Assembly (NCBI GenBank): GCA_045586685.1
Contig: JAZNAU010000030.1
Location: 1-29,570 of the forward strand
Direction of reading: 5' to 3'
DNA: 29,570 nucleotides
Source: Clostridia bacterium
GTDB lineage: Bacteria; Bacillota; Clostridia; HGM11514
Program-made: the position numbers and the translations under genes
Notes under the pieces: model-generated
Told to the model about the DNA's origin: nothing
Databases searched by the model: none
What the model saw: only the letters and a program-made list of their open reading frames with translations
In this document: positions 1 to 10,155 of the stretch, one piece after another
Layout of the letters: each line of letters begins with the position of its first letter
How positions within the stretch are numbered: the stretch's first letter is position 1

Positions 1-43
1 CCTGTGTTTTACAGGGCACCCTTTTGCTATTGTATTACATGGA

Positions 44-1066
44 TTATACGAACTTCTTCAGGTACTTCAGAGTTCTTACCATCTGAGATACGTAGGAATT
101 TTCGTTGTCATACCAAGCAACGACACGAACTTCGTAGATCTTGGTACCGCATCTCTGAGCCAGAGTCTGAGTTGCATCGAACAGAGAACCGTATTCCATA
201 CCGATGATATCGCTGGAAACCAGTTCTTCTTCGGTGTAACCGAAGGATTCGTTTGCAGCAGCCTTCATAGCAGCGTTGATACCTTCTACGGTTACGGATT
301 CAGTTTCATCCTTCAGAGTAGCGTCCAGAATGGTGATGGAACCGGAAGCTACGGGAACTCTCTGTGCGGAACCGATCAGACGACCGTCCAGTTCAGGAAT
401 TACCAGACCGATTGCTTTTGCAGCACCGGTGGAGTTGGGAACGATGTTAACAGCAGCTGCACGGGAACGTCTCTTGTCACCCTTTCTCTGAGGACCGTCC
501 AGAGTCATCTGGTCGCCGGTGTAAGCATGAATGGTGCTCATGATACCGCTCTTAACAGGCATATAGTCGTTCAGAGCCTTCGCCATAGGAGCTAAGCAGT
601 TTGTAGTACAGGAAGCTGCGGAAATAACAGTGTCTTCAGCCTTCAAAATGTCATGGTTTACATTGTAAACAACAGTGGGCAGGTCTTTTCCTGCGGGAGC
701 AGAAATAACAACCTTCTTAGCACCTGCTTCAATATGAGCAGAAGCTTTTTCCTTAGAAGTGTAAAAACCTGTGCATTCTAACACTACATCTACACCGATT
801 TCACCCCAAGGAAGATCCTTAGCATCTTTTTCTGCATAAATTTTGATGGTCTTACCGTTTACGGTAATGGAATCTTCGCCGGCAACTACGCTGTCACAGT
901 ATTGATATCTGCCTTGAGAAGAATCGTACTTTAACAGATGTGCAAGCATTTCAGGGCTTGTCAAGTCGTTGATAGCAACAACCTCATAACCTTCTGCATC
1001 AAACATCTGTCTGAATGCCAGACGGCCAATCCGTCCGAATCCGTTAATAGCAACTTTTACTGACAT
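44..1066 (-). CDS. gap: Type I glyceraldehyde-3-phosphate dehydrogenase
   Basis: N-terminal INGFGRIGR, catalytic [15 protein letters not shown] near the C-terminus; AGGAGG RBS. Confidence 0.98.
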   Translation of the reverse strand: MSVKVAINGFGRIGRLAFRQMFDAEGYEVVAINDLTSPEMLAHLLKYDSSQGRYQYCDSVVAGEDSITVNGKTIKIYAEKDAKDLPWGEIGVDVVLECTGFYTSKEKASAHIEAGAKKVVISAPAGKDLPTVVYNVNHDILKAEDTVISAASCTTNCLAPMAKALNDYMPVKSGIMSTIHAYTGDQMTLDGPQRKGDKRRSRAAAVNIVPNSTGAAKAIGLVIPELDGRLIGSAQRVPVASGSITILDATLKDETESVTVEGINAAMKAAANESFGYTEEELVSSDIIGMEYGSLFDATQTLAQRCGTKIYEVRVVAWYDNENSYVSQMVRTLKYLKKFV

Positions 1067-1113
1067 TAGAATTACCTCCTAAAAAATAGTTAAAATAAAT
1101 TTCGCTATTTTCT

Positions 1114-1142
1114 ATTTTACAATAAAATAAGAAAATATGCAA
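1114..1142 (-). promoter_or_regulatory. SigA-type promoter of gap
   Basis: TTGCAT-17 bp-TAAAAT on the minus strand. Confidence 0.6.
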
Positions 1143-1251
1143 GTGGTTTGTGAAAAAATTATCTTATTTGGAAAAAATCTGTAATTTTGAACAAGAAAAA
1201 ATAATTACAAACCTTTTGTTTGTTACAAATTATTTACATTTTACCCCTATT

Positions 1252-2238
1252 TTATTCCTTTTCCAAAGAAAAATGAATGGTGTTGCTTTCTGAAAAACGA
1301 ATATGGTTCAGTCCATAGTCCCGTTTCCAGCCAATCAGATTGCATTTTTTATGTCCTGAAAGTTTGGATTGCTCCTGTTTGGGGGCAAAAATTACCAATG
1401 TCTGACCCTCTGTTTTTGTATCTTTCAAAAAGCTTCGTACCTTCCTGTCATAAAGGCGTCCATCCACCAGTTCCCCGAAGGCGGGATGCAGGGGACCTGC
1501 TGCCACGTCCTCCTCTTTTAAATCCTCGGTGCAAAGGCCGGTACGAATCACAGGAACAGGAAATAGCACCTCTTTCATCTGTGCCGTTCGCTCCACCGCC
1601 TCCTCCAAAGACAGAGGGAAATAACCTCCCCTTTGGTACAGCTCCTCCAAGGGCGTCTCTTTCAGCACCAGAACGGGATAAATTCTAACGAAATCTCCTA
1701 ATTTTTTTGCTTGTTCTGCAGAGTATAAATTAAATTCAAGAGAGTCTTCAGGCAATCCGCACATCAGCTGAATCCCTAACGAAAAACCCGCTTCCTTCAC
1801 CCGTTTGCAGGCATCCGTTGCACATTGTGCCGTATGTCCTCTGCCGGCTTTCTTTAAGACTTTATCGCAAAAGGATTGGACTCCCAGTTCCACCGTGGTC
1901 ACACCGTACTGCCGTAACCGTTCCAGGGTTTCAAAGTCCACCCCATCGGGACGAGTGGAAAGACGAATGCCCCTCACCTGTCCCTGTTTCACATAGTGTT
2001 GTGCCAAGGACAAAAAGGCTTCCTGTTCCTTCACGGGAATGGCGGTAAAACTGCCTCCAAAAAAGGAAATTTCAATTTCGCCTTCAGGCAAAAATTGCAA
2101 GTACCGCTGAATTTCCGATTTTGCATCCTCTATGGTACAAGGCGTGCTTTGCCCTGTGATTTTCTTCTGATTACAAAAAATGCAGTTGTGGGGACAACCC
2201 AAATGGGGAATAAATACGGGAATATTATAATGTTTCAA
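1252..2238 (-). CDS. Radical SAM protein (Elp3/YhcC-like)
   Basis: CxxxCxxC (CPHNCIFC), FFGGSFT, STRPD, ELGVQS; start moved to TTG 2238 (GGAGG at 2248-2252), overlapping the rnc stop. Confidence 0.88.
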   Translation of the reverse strand: MKHYNIPVFIPHLGCPHNCIFCNQKKITGQSTPCTIEDAKSEIQRYLQFLPEGEIEISFFGGSFTAIPVKEQEAFLSLAQHYVKQGQVRGIRLSTRPDGVDFETLERLRQYGVTTVELGVQSFCDKVLKKAGRGHTAQCATDACKRVKEAGFSLGIQLMCGLPEDSLEFNLYSAEQAKKLGDFVRIYPVLVLKETPLEELYQRGGYFPLSLEEAVERTAQMKEVLFPVPVIRTGLCTEDLKEEDVAAGPLHPAFGELVDGRLYDRKVRSFLKDTKTEGQTLVIFAPKQEQSKLSGHKKCNLIGWKRDYGLNHIRFSESNTIHFSLEKE

Positions 2239-2896
2239 AGGAACGTTCCTCCAAGGCGTGCTTTGCCGCTCTTTGCTCTGCCTGCTTTTTACTGCCTGCA
2301 ACACCTGTTGCCAACACACGTCCTTTCCACAATAGCTCTATGGTATATTCCCGTTTGTGGTCAGGGCCCGTTACATGGGCAATACGGTATTTCAAAGGCT
2401 CACGGCTTTTCTTTTGCACCTTTTCCTGTAAGGTGGTTTTGTAATCCCGTTCAGGTTGAGATGCTGCCAGACGGATTTCCGGTTCCAGACGGGATAAAAT
2501 CCACTGCCGTGCGGTGTCCAAATCGCTGTCTAAATAAATGGCAGCTATCACTGCTTCAAAAGCATCGGAAAGAATGGAGTCACGGTTCCGTCCCCCTGTT
2601 TTTTCCTCACCATGCCCCATCAACAACTCCTCTCCCAAACCAATGTCCCGAGCCAGCTTTGCCAAGGTTTTTTCACACACCACCGCCGCACGTAGTTTGC
2701 TGAGTTTTCCCTCAGTTTGTTGAGAATAAGTTTCATATAAATACTGACCCGTCACCAGCCCCAGTACTGCATCTCCCAAAAATTCCAGCCGTTCATTACA
2801 CGCCTCTCTTTTTTGGTGCTCATTGGAATAAGAACTATGGGTCAATGCTTCCCGAAGAAGCTCAGGTTGACGGAAGGTATAGCCTAATTGTTTCAT
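2225..2896 (-). CDS. rnc: Ribonuclease III
   Basis: ALTHSS, signature NERLEFLGDAVL, C-terminal dsRBD (DYKTTLQE...SKKQAEQ); start set at ATG 2896 behind AGGTGA. Confidence 0.97.
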   Translation of the reverse strand: MKQLGYTFRQPELLREALTHSSYSNEHQKREACNERLEFLGDAVLGLVTGQYLYETYSQQTEGKLSKLRAAVVCEKTLAKLARDIGLGEELLMGHGEEKTGGRNRDSILSDAFEAVIAAIYLDSDLDTARQWILSRLEPEIRLAASQPERDYKTTLQEKVQKKSREPLKYRIAHVTGPDHKREYTIELLWKGRVLATGVAGSKKQAEQRAAKHALEERSFETL

Positions 2897-2955
2897 GAAA
2901 TCACCTTTTAAAATTAAAATAAAACGATTCATTCTATAAAAATGGTTAAAATTAC

Positions 2956-2976
2956 GGGCAACCTGAACGGTTGCCC
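2956..2976 (-). terminator. Probable intrinsic terminator after acpP
   Basis: GGGCAACC/GGTTGCCC 8-bp stem with A/T-rich flanks. Confidence 0.6.
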
Positions 2977-3023
2977 AAAAATAATCATTGTTTTACACTG
3001 GAGCCTGCAGGCTTTTATGTAAT

Positions 3024-3251
3024 TTACGCATTTGCTTTTGCATAATTAACAGCATCTGCTACAGTATGAATTCCTTCTACATCTTCATCCGGAATTTCCA
3101 TTCCGAACTCGTCTTCCATTGCCATAACCAGCTCCACCAGATCCAGTGAATCAGCACCCAGGTCATCCACAAAAGAAGCTTCCATTGTAACATCAGCCTC
3201 ATCAACGCCCAGTTGGTCTACGATAATTTGTTTGATTGCTTCAAATTCCAT
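3024..3251 (-). CDS. acpP: Acyl carrier protein
   Basis: DLGADSLD phosphopantetheine motif, 75 aa, acidic; GGAGGTG RBS. Confidence 0.98.
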   Translation of the reverse strand: MEFEAIKQIIVDQLGVDEADVTMEASFVDDLGADSLDLVELVMAMEDEFGMEIPDEDVEGIHTVADAVNYAKANA

Positions 3252-3289
3252 GGTGTTTTCACCTCCTCATATCGTTTTCACATTGATTT

Positions 3290-3489
3290 TGTCCAGCCTT
3301 CATCCCTTGTACTTGCAGCTTAAGTTTCGCTGTTCGGGACATAGGCTTTTCTCTGTCCAGCCTCCAGCCCCTCCCGACCGGTCGACTAAGCAGTTCCGTA
3401 GCTCGGAAAACAGAAAATAAAAAGCAATTTTCTTGATTTTCCAAGCGTACTCACGGCTTACTCTCCCTGCTCGGGGCATAGGCTTTTCT
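3290..3489 (-). repeat. Two tandem copies of a structured dispersed repeat in the acpP leader (3290-3352 and 3354-3489)
   Basis: On the minus strand both units start AGAAAAGCCTATGYCCCGARCAG and end AGGCTGGACA; a third copy lies at 15342-15392. Confidence 0.8.
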
Positions 3490-3491
3490 AT

Positions 3492-3520
3492 ATCATATCT
3501 TAAAATTCTGTTTCCGTCAA
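3492..3520 (-). promoter_or_regulatory. SigA-type promoter upstream of the acpP leader
   Basis: TTGACG-17 bp-TATGAT. Confidence 0.7.
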
Positions 3521-3550
3521 TAGAAATTTTACAGATTTTCGTATTTTCTG

Positions 3551-4072
3551 TTAATCTGATAAAATTCTTCTTAAAATTTCATAAGAACCGCACGAATCAT
3601 CCAATAATTTGCTTTGTTCTTCCATAAATTTCCTTGTTTTTGGGAACTGATACAGCAGTTTTGCCGCTAAAGTCACCCGTCGGACAAACCGTTTTTCCAA
3701 ATCCGTTGGCTTCATCACCCTTGCAATAGGGCAAACCCCATTGGCACGAGGGTCCATAATGATTATCGGACGGCTCCCCGGTTTCACATAAGGAAACAAA
3801 GGAAAAATCCGACAGGCCAGGGGACGGAGCTTCCGCTTGCAACTCCCCTTACAAAGTGCAATAGGGACTCTGCTTCCCTCTACCGTAAATTCACTGTCCG
3901 TCAGCGTAAGAAAATCTGCCTCTCGCAGCATCACCTGCTCACCCGGATACAGAAACATTCCTTCGCCCCCTTCATCCGTACAACAGGCTCCGTTACAGGC
4001 TTTCCCGCAATCCGCCTGCAAAGGGGTGCAATCGTCAAACAGCTTATAAAGCTGAGAATACATCTCTTTCAT
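3551..4072 (-). CDS. YkgJ-like cysteine-cluster (putative Zn/Fe-S chelating) protein
   Basis: CGKACNGACC and RPLACRIFP motifs; 1-bp gap after pgsA. Confidence 0.65.
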   Translation of the reverse strand: MKEMYSQLYKLFDDCTPLQADCGKACNGACCTDEGGEGMFLYPGEQVMLREADFLTLTDSEFTVEGSRVPIALCKGSCKRKLRPLACRIFPLFPYVKPGSRPIIIMDPRANGVCPIARVMKPTDLEKRFVRRVTLAAKLLYQFPKTRKFMEEQSKLLDDSCGSYEILRRILSD

Positions 4073-4073
4073 G

Positions 4074-4589
4074 TTATTTTACCTTTAACAAATCCCTATT
4101 TTCAATCAGGTATACCGTACCCGAGTACACGGTTAACACCGCCACAAAAATCATAATCACATTCATCCATACACCGGTGATCCCGAAAAAGAGAATTACC
4201 AGAACAGACAACATTTGTGCCACTGTTTTTATTTTACCTCCCCGTCCTGCCGCCAACACACGGTTTTCGGACATGGCAATCAGGCGAAGTCCTGTTACAA
4301 TAAATTCTCTTGCAATAATCACAAATGCAATCCAAGAATACATTCCCGCCACTTCAATCAGGCAAAGAAAAGCAGAGGCGGTCAGCAGTTTATCCGCCAG
4401 AGGGTCTGCAAATTTACCGAAGGTGGTCACAAGGTTTTGTTTTCTTGCAATCTGACCATCCAGAAAATCAGTAAAAGAAGCAAGGGCAAAGATGACCCCT
4501 GCCGTTTTCCAAAATCCACACAATAAAAATACTATAAACAAGGGAATCATTATAATTCTTACTATCGTCAATTTGTTCGGTAAATTCAT
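4074..4589 (-). CDS. pgsA: CDP-diacylglycerol--glycerol-3-phosphate 3-phosphatidyltransferase
   Basis: MNLPNKLT start and DFLDGQIAR...GKFADPLADK motif; ATGA overlap with the rimO stop. Confidence 0.96.
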   Translation of the reverse strand: MNLPNKLTIVRIIMIPLFIVFLLCGFWKTAGVIFALASFTDFLDGQIARKQNLVTTFGKFADPLADKLLTASAFLCLIEVAGMYSWIAFVIIAREFIVTGLRLIAMSENRVLAAGRGGKIKTVAQMLSVLVILFFGITGVWMNVIMIFVAVLTVYSGTVYLIENRDLLKVK

Positions 4590-5908
4590 ACCTGACACAT
4601 CCTTCCGTATAAATCATATTCATCTGCATCTTCTATTTCCACCGTTACGAATGCTCCGGCAGACAACTCCTCCATACTGCCAAAGTACACGCAACCGTCA
4701 ATCTCTACCGAATCGGCAGTGGTTCTTCCGAAATACAGGCACCGTTCTTCATCAAAACCTTCTGCCAACACCTCTACCCTCGTTCCTAACTTTTTCTGGT
4801 TGTTGGCAAGGGAAATTCTGCTTTGGCAAAGCATCAGATTCTCCCGTCTTTGCTCCTTCACATCCTCGTCAATCTGGTGGTCCAGTTTCGCTGCGGGGGT
4901 TCCTTCCTCGGCAGAATAACAGAAAACACCCATACGGTCAAAACCAATCCTTTCTGCAAACTCACAAAGCTCCTCGTACTGTTCTTCTGTTTCTCCCGGA
5001 AATCCTGCAATCACCGATGTCCGAAGTGTTGCATGGGGCATCAAGGTACGGATTCTTGCAAACAGTTGGGTAAGTTCCTCTTTACTGCACCGTCTGCCCA
5101 TCCGTTTTAACACGGTATTATTACAATGCTGAATGGGTAAATCAAAATATTGGCATATCTTTGGATTGTTTATCATTACCCCAAGCAATTCCTCCGTAAT
5201 TCCTTCCGGATAACCGTAATGAAACCGCAGCCAGTGAAGGTCAGGAATTTGACACAACCGCTCCATCAAAACAGCAAGCTTGGGTTCACCGTACAGGTCC
5301 TTGCCGTAGGCGGTGGTGTCCTGTGCCACCAAAATCAGCTCCCGTACCCCGCTTTTTACCAGCTCCTCCGCCTCCTTCACCAATTCTTCTAAGGAGCGGC
5401 TTCGGTATTTCCCCCGAATCGAGGGAATGACGCAATAAGTACAATGATTGTCACATCCGTCTGCAATTTTTAAGTATGCCGTATAAAAGGGCATGGAGTT
5501 TACACGGGGTAACAGACTGTAATCGGGAGAGCTGTCAATACAGCTAAACTGCTCTCGTACATGCTCTTCCAACAAGGTAACAATATGATGATAGTCTGCC
5601 GTCCCTGTTACCACATCAATTTCAGGCAGCTCCTTCAATATCTCTTTTTGATACCGCTGAGCAAGGCAACCTGTAACCGCCAATTTTTCACAGCTTCCCG
5701 ACAGTTTATATTCTGCCGCCTCCAAAATTGCCTGAATGGATTCTTCCTTTGCCGATTCAATGAATCCGCAGGTATTTACAATAATCCAGTGAGCCTCCGA
5801 CGGGTCATCTGTTAATTCATATCCCCTTTCGGCAAGCAATCCCCACATGATTTCACTGTCCACCTGATTTTTAGGACAGCCAAGGGAAATTAACGCAATT
5901 TTTTTCAT
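4586..5908 (-). CDS. rimO: Ribosomal protein S12 methylthiotransferase
   Basis: SLGCPKNQVDSE, NTCGFIESAKEES, radical SAM CDNHCTYC, C-terminal TRAM domain. Confidence 0.96.
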   Translation of the reverse strand: MKKIALISLGCPKNQVDSEIMWGLLAERGYELTDDPSEAHWIIVNTCGFIESAKEESIQAILEAAEYKLSGSCEKLAVTGCLAQRYQKEILKELPEIDVVTGTADYHHIVTLLEEHVREQFSCIDSSPDYSLLPRVNSMPFYTAYLKIADGCDNHCTYCVIPSIRGKYRSRSLEELVKEAEELVKSGVRELILVAQDTTAYGKDLYGEPKLAVLMERLCQIPDLHWLRFHYGYPEGITEELLGVMINNPKICQYFDLPIQHCNNTVLKRMGRRCSKEELTQLFARIRTLMPHATLRTSVIAGFPGETEEQYEELCEFAERIGFDRMGVFCYSAEEGTPAAKLDHQIDEDVKEQRRENLMLCQSRISLANNQKKLGTRVEVLAEGFDEERCLYFGRTTADSVEIDGCVYFGSMEELSAGAFVTVEIEDADEYDLYGRMCQV

Positions 5909-5926
5909 GTATTTTGGATTCCTCTC

Positions 5927-6547
5927 TCATTCACATTCTGTATAATCTCGCATGGCCTGTGCTACCTCGCTGTAACTGTATCCTCGTCGGATGCAGTAAT
6001 CAAAGGTTCGTTTAACACATTTGGGGTCGGAGGGATTTGTTAACCTTTTCTCAATCAACCCTGCCAGCAAATCCTCGGGCATTTCCTGCTCCTCCCAAAG
6101 CCTTTCTCCCAACTCCTTGGAAATTCCTTTTAAAGACAACTCCTGTAACACCAGCCGTTTTCCCTTTTTCCGCAACATAACTCCATCATGGATAAAGCGC
6201 CGTGCATAGTCCTCATCATTTAAGTATCCCAACTCACAAAGCACAGCAATCACCTTTTCCGTCACATCCGAGGAATAGTCCCGCTCCAGCAGTTTTTTCT
6301 TCATACAGTAAATACTGTAGCTTTTTCGGGAAAGCAAGCGAAACGAATACTGCTTTGCATCTGACAATTCTGCCTCTTGCCGAATGTCCTCCAGTTCCTC
6401 AAGGGAATAACGATTTCCCGTTCGGATTCCCGATTTTACACAGGTTTCCATATCCAACCCAAATAAGAATATGCCGTTTCCGTACACCGACCGTCGCCCC
6501 GGATGCTTTTTTTGCGGCTCAAGGGCAGTAATGGTAATCTTATTCAT
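5927..6547 (-). CDS. recX: Recombination regulator RecX
   Basis: [21 protein letters not shown] motifs; directly downstream of recA; start set at ATG 6547. Confidence 0.9.
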   Translation of the reverse strand: MNKITITALEPQKKHPGRRSVYGNGIFLFGLDMETCVKSGIRTGNRYSLEELEDIRQEAELSDAKQYSFRLLSRKSYSIYCMKKKLLERDYSSDVTEKVIAVLCELGYLNDEDYARRFIHDGVMLRKKGKRLVLQELSLKGISKELGERLWEEQEMPEDLLAGLIEKRLTNPSDPKCVKRTFDYCIRRGYSYSEVAQAMRDYTECE

Positions 6548-7559
6548 CTTGGGTTTCCGGTTCCTCGGTCTGTGCGTAATGGTCACGAACCTGTTTTTCT
6601 AGCATAGCAAAGATTTGGGGATTTTCCTGTAAATATTTCTTGGCATTGTCCCGCCCCTGACCGATTCGTTCTTCGTTTAAGGAGTACCAGGCTCCGCTCT
6701 TTTTCACAAATCCAAGGTCCGCTGCCAAATCCAGCACCATGCCTTCTCTGGACACACCTTCTCCGTACATAATATCAAAATGAGCTTCCTTAAAGGGAGG
6801 AGCCACCTTGTTTTTCACAATTTTCACACGGGTGTGGCTACCCACCATCTCTGTGCCGTTTTTAATAACCTCCGCTTTTCTCACTTCCATTCGGACGGAG
6901 GAATAAAATTTCAGGGCACGTCCTCCCGTTGTAACTTCGGGGTTTCCGTAAATGACGCCCACTTTTTCGCGAAGCTGGTTAATGAAAATGGCAACCGTAT
7001 TGGAACGGCCGATTACGCCGGCTAATTTTCTCAACGCCTGAGACATGAGTCTTGCCTGTAACCCCACGTGAGAATCTCCCATTTCCCCGTCAATTTCCGC
7101 TTTGGGAACAAGGGCAGCCACAGAGTCAATGACAATCACATCAATAGCACCGCTCCGCACCAGTGCTTCGGTAATTTCCAATGCCTGTTCCCCCGTATCA
7201 GGCTGGGAAACAAACAAATCATCAATTTTGACCCCTAATTTTTTCGCATAAACAGGGTCAAGAGCGTGCTCCGCATCAATAAAGGCAACCTCTCCCCCTG
7301 CCTTTTGTGCCTCTGCCACAGCATGAAGGGCAACAGTGGTTTTACCGGAGGATTCCGGCCCGTAAATCTCAATAATTCTGCCACGGGGCAGACCGCCGAT
7401 GCCTAAGGCAAGGTCAAGGCTTAAAATACCTGTGGAAATGGTGTCCACCTGCATATGGGTGTTTTCTCCCAGACGCATCACCGCCCCTTTTCCAAATTGT
7501 TTTTCTATTTGTCCTATGGCCTCTTTGAGAGCCTTTTGTTTTTCTTCGTTTCCTGCCAT
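6540..7559 (-). CDS. recA: Recombinase RecA
   Basis: [38 protein letters not shown]; no intein. Confidence 0.99.
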   Translation of the reverse strand: MAGNEEKQKALKEAIGQIEKQFGKGAVMRLGENTHMQVDTISTGILSLDLALGIGGLPRGRIIEIYGPESSGKTTVALHAVAEAQKAGGEVAFIDAEHALDPVYAKKLGVKIDDLFVSQPDTGEQALEITEALVRSGAIDVIVIDSVAALVPKAEIDGEMGDSHVGLQARLMSQALRKLAGVIGRSNTVAIFINQLREKVGVIYGNPEVTTGGRALKFYSSVRMEVRKAEVIKNGTEMVGSHTRVKIVKNKVAPPFKEAHFDIMYGEGVSREGMVLDLAADLGFVKKSGAWYSLNEERIGQGRDNAKKYLQENPQIFAMLEKQVRDHYAQTEEPETQDE

Positions 7560-7589
7560 TTCTGGTTTCCTCCTTAGGGTATTTTCTTC

Positions 7590-7618
7590 ATTATATCAAA
7601 TTTGGGTACTGATTTCAA
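7590..7618 (-). promoter_or_regulatory. SigA-type promoter of recA
   Basis: TTGAAA-17 bp-TATAAT with TG extension. Confidence 0.7.
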
Positions 7619-8880
7619 TTCTTTTTATAAATTTTTTCAAATTCGTAAGTTTGTTTCATTTCCCCAATCAGCATGGACAATGCATTCATCGCGGTCTGGG
7701 TTCTGATTTTATCCCGTGAGCCTGACAGCAGTAACTTTTTACAGCGAACACTTTTAGGGGTTGCCAATCCTATATACACAAGCCCTACCGGTTTTTTATC
7801 CGTCCCGCCTCCCGGTCCTGCAATACCTGTCACCGACAGGGCATAGTCTGCTCCCGATACCCTTTTTGCTCCTCGGCACATCTGGATTGCGGTCAAATCA
7901 CTTACCGCTCCCAAGTTGTCAAGTACCCTCTTTTCCACACCGAGAAGTTGTTCCTTTGCCTCGTTGGCGTAGGTCACAAATCCGTGGGTAAACACTTTTG
8001 AGGAACCTGCCACTTCAGTGATCATTTTGGCAATCATCCCTCCCGTACAGGACTCTGCCACAGCCAGAGTTTTCCCCTGTTCTATTAAGGTATGCACCGC
8101 AACGGTCTCCAAATCATCCTCATCGTAACCATAGCAATACTGCCCCAAAATTTGGGACACTTTTTCTTCCGTTTTGTCCAGCATCCGCATTGCCTCTGCT
8201 TCGTTTAATGCTTTGGCAGTAAGACGAAGATGCACTTCGCAGGTCTTAGCATAAGGGGCAATGGTGGGATTATCACTTTGTTGAATCAAGTCTGCAATCA
8301 AGCTTTCTGCTCTGGATTCCCCAATACCAAACAGACGCATGGTACGGGATTTAATGACAGAATCAGATTTTTGTAACAAAAGGGGTCTGACTCTTCTTTC
8401 GTACATAGTTCTCATTTCAAGAGGAGGTCCGGGTAATAAAATCAACGTTTTCCCGTCCTTCTCCATCATACAGCCGGGGGCAGTGCCGCAATCGTTTTTC
8501 AGTACGATTCCGCCCTTGGGCATCATTGCCTGTTTTTTATTGTTCGGCGTCATGGGGCGGTTGACTGCTTTAAAATAGGCGCGCATCCGCTCTAAACTTG
8601 GTTGATGTAACTCCAAAGAAAATCCCATCAGCTCTGCTGCTGTTTCCTTGGTTACATCATCTTGAGTAGGGCCCAAACCACCTGTAATCACCAATAAATC
8701 CGCACGGGTCAGCCCTTGCTGTAAACAAGTCTTCAGGCGGTCGGGGTTATCTCCCACAACACTTTGATAATACACATCTATTCCCAGCTCACTCAACTGT
8801 TCTGACAAATATTGGGCGTTGGTATTCACAATATTTCCCAACAAAAGTTCCGTTCCTACTGCAATGATTTCAGCATTCAT
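7615..8880 (-). CDS. cinA: Competence/damage-inducible protein CinA (MocF-like domain + PncC domain)
   Basis: VGTELLLG, GGLGPTQDD, AESCTGG, TGIAGPGGG; upstream of recA. Confidence 0.96.
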   Translation of the reverse strand: MNAEIIAVGTELLLGNIVNTNAQYLSEQLSELGIDVYYQSVVGDNPDRLKTCLQQGLTRADLLVITGGLGPTQDDVTKETAAELMGFSLELHQPSLERMRAYFKAVNRPMTPNNKKQAMMPKGGIVLKNDCGTAPGCMMEKDGKTLILLPGPPLEMRTMYERRVRPLLLQKSDSVIKSRTMRLFGIGESRAESLIADLIQQSDNPTIAPYAKTCEVHLRLTAKALNEAEAMRMLDKTEEKVSQILGQYCYGYDEDDLETVAVHTLIEQGKTLAVAESCTGGMIAKMITEVAGSSKVFTHGFVTYANEAKEQLLGVEKRVLDNLGAVSDLTAIQMCRGAKRVSGADYALSVTGIAGPGGGTDKKPVGLVYIGLATPKSVRCKKLLLSGSRDKIRTQTAMNALSMLIGEMKQTYEFEKIYKKN

Positions 8881-10051
8881 CTGCTTTCACTCCCGAAATT
8901 TTAATCACTTCCGTTTGCTCTACGGCTCTTTCAATCAATGCATCGTACTCAAGGGCTTCTTCCGATTTTAAAATATCTGCCAGCACAGGCTTTGTTTTGG
9001 GATGCTTTGCCACAAACACGGTACAGCAATCCTCATACGGCAGAATGGAGGTTTCAAAGGTACCGATTTTCCGTGCAACGGTAACGATTTCGTCCTTGTC
9101 CATCCCAATTAGGGGGCGAAACACCGGTAAATCCAGCCCTTGGTTGGTGACCTCTAAACTGTAAATCGTCTGACTTGCCACCTGACCCACGCTTTCACCT
9201 GTAACCAATGCATGGGAATCCGTCATTTTGGCAATTTTCTGGGCAATCCGTGCCATCATACGGCGCATCAGGATGGTTCCTTCATCCGAGGGACAGTTCT
9301 GATTGATAGCAAGCTGACATTCGGTGAAGGGAACAATATACAAATCCATGGTTCCGCACCAGCTTGCCATAATTTCTGCCAATTCAATCACCTTTTCCTT
9401 GGCACGCTCACTGGTATAGGGATAGCTGTGAAAATGAACTGCATTGAGTTCCACGCCCCGCTTTCCAATCATGTATCCCGCAGCAGGACTGTCAATTCCT
9501 CCCGATAAAAGAAGGGTTGCTTTTCCGTTACAGCCTGTAGGCATACCCCCCGCTCCTTTGATTTTATCCGTGTACACATACCCTTCCATATCACGGATTT
9601 CCACCCAAAGCACTGTATCGGGATGCTTGACGTTGACCTCTATATCAGGAATTCCCTCAAACACTGCTTCTCCCACCTTGGCACAAATCTGGGGAGAATT
9701 GAAAGGGAATTTTTTGTCGCTCCGTTTTGCCTCTACCTTAAAGGTTTTTGCCTCGGTCTGTTTCATGAGTTCTAAGGCAAGGGCACAGATTTTGTCCATA
9801 TCCTTTTCCACCCGATGCACGCGGGCAATATTCACAATCCCAAACACCCGCCCGAGTCGTTCTATCATTTTATCCACATTACTGCCTTCTTCAGGCTCGA
9901 TATAAATGGTAGCCTGAGCACGGCGAACCTTGATTTTTCCAAGTCCCCGCAAACGGTACTTAATATTCTTCTCCAAACGCTCTTCAAAAATGTGGCGGTT
10001 TAATCCTTTTAAGATAATTTCACCGCACTTGACCATAATCAATTCCTGCAT
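8870..10051 (-). CDS. thiI: tRNA 4-thiouridine synthase ThiI
   Basis: THUMP domain, PP-loop LLSGGIDSP, PYEDCC; start set at ATG 10051 behind AAGGAG. Confidence 0.96.
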   Translation of the reverse strand: MQELIMVKCGEIILKGLNRHIFEERLEKNIKYRLRGLGKIKVRRAQATIYIEPEEGSNVDKMIERLGRVFGIVNIARVHRVEKDMDKICALALELMKQTEAKTFKVEAKRSDKKFPFNSPQICAKVGEAVFEGIPDIEVNVKHPDTVLWVEIRDMEGYVYTDKIKGAGGMPTGCNGKATLLLSGGIDSPAAGYMIGKRGVELNAVHFHSYPYTSERAKEKVIELAEIMASWCGTMDLYIVPFTECQLAINQNCPSDEGTILMRRMMARIAQKIAKMTDSHALVTGESVGQVASQTIYSLEVTNQGLDLPVFRPLIGMDKDEIVTVARKIGTFETSILPYEDCCTVFVAKHPKTKPVLADILKSEEALEYDALIERAVEQTEVIKISGVKADEC

Positions 10052-10155
10052 AAAAAACACTCCTTATATGGTGAATTCTGGTTGTCAATATCCAATTAAA
10101 AATTTAAAATCAATAAAAATCAAACCGATTTTCTACTAAACCTTTTCACTATTCA

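Noticed and set aside
1148-1165. Rex operator upstream of gap
   Set aside because: Only the TTGTGAA half-site matches; the second half agrees at 3 of 7 positions
1996-2703. 235-aa plus-strand ORF and similar antisense ORFs (4492-5073, 11182-11814)
   Set aside because: Lie opposite well-supported genes and show no recognisable motifs
3259-3444. 61-aa ORF in the acpP leader
   Set aside because: TTG start without RBS; runs through the repeat units and is better explained as non-coding structure
3390-3465. Group II intron domain V resemblance (AGCCGU...ACGG on the minus strand)
   Set aside because: Inner stem too long, no GNRA cap, no GGUUC 3' strand or domain VI
9870-9878. Perfect DnaA box TTATCCACA
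   Set aside because: Single copy inside thiI; no cluster or dnaA gene, so not evidence for oriC
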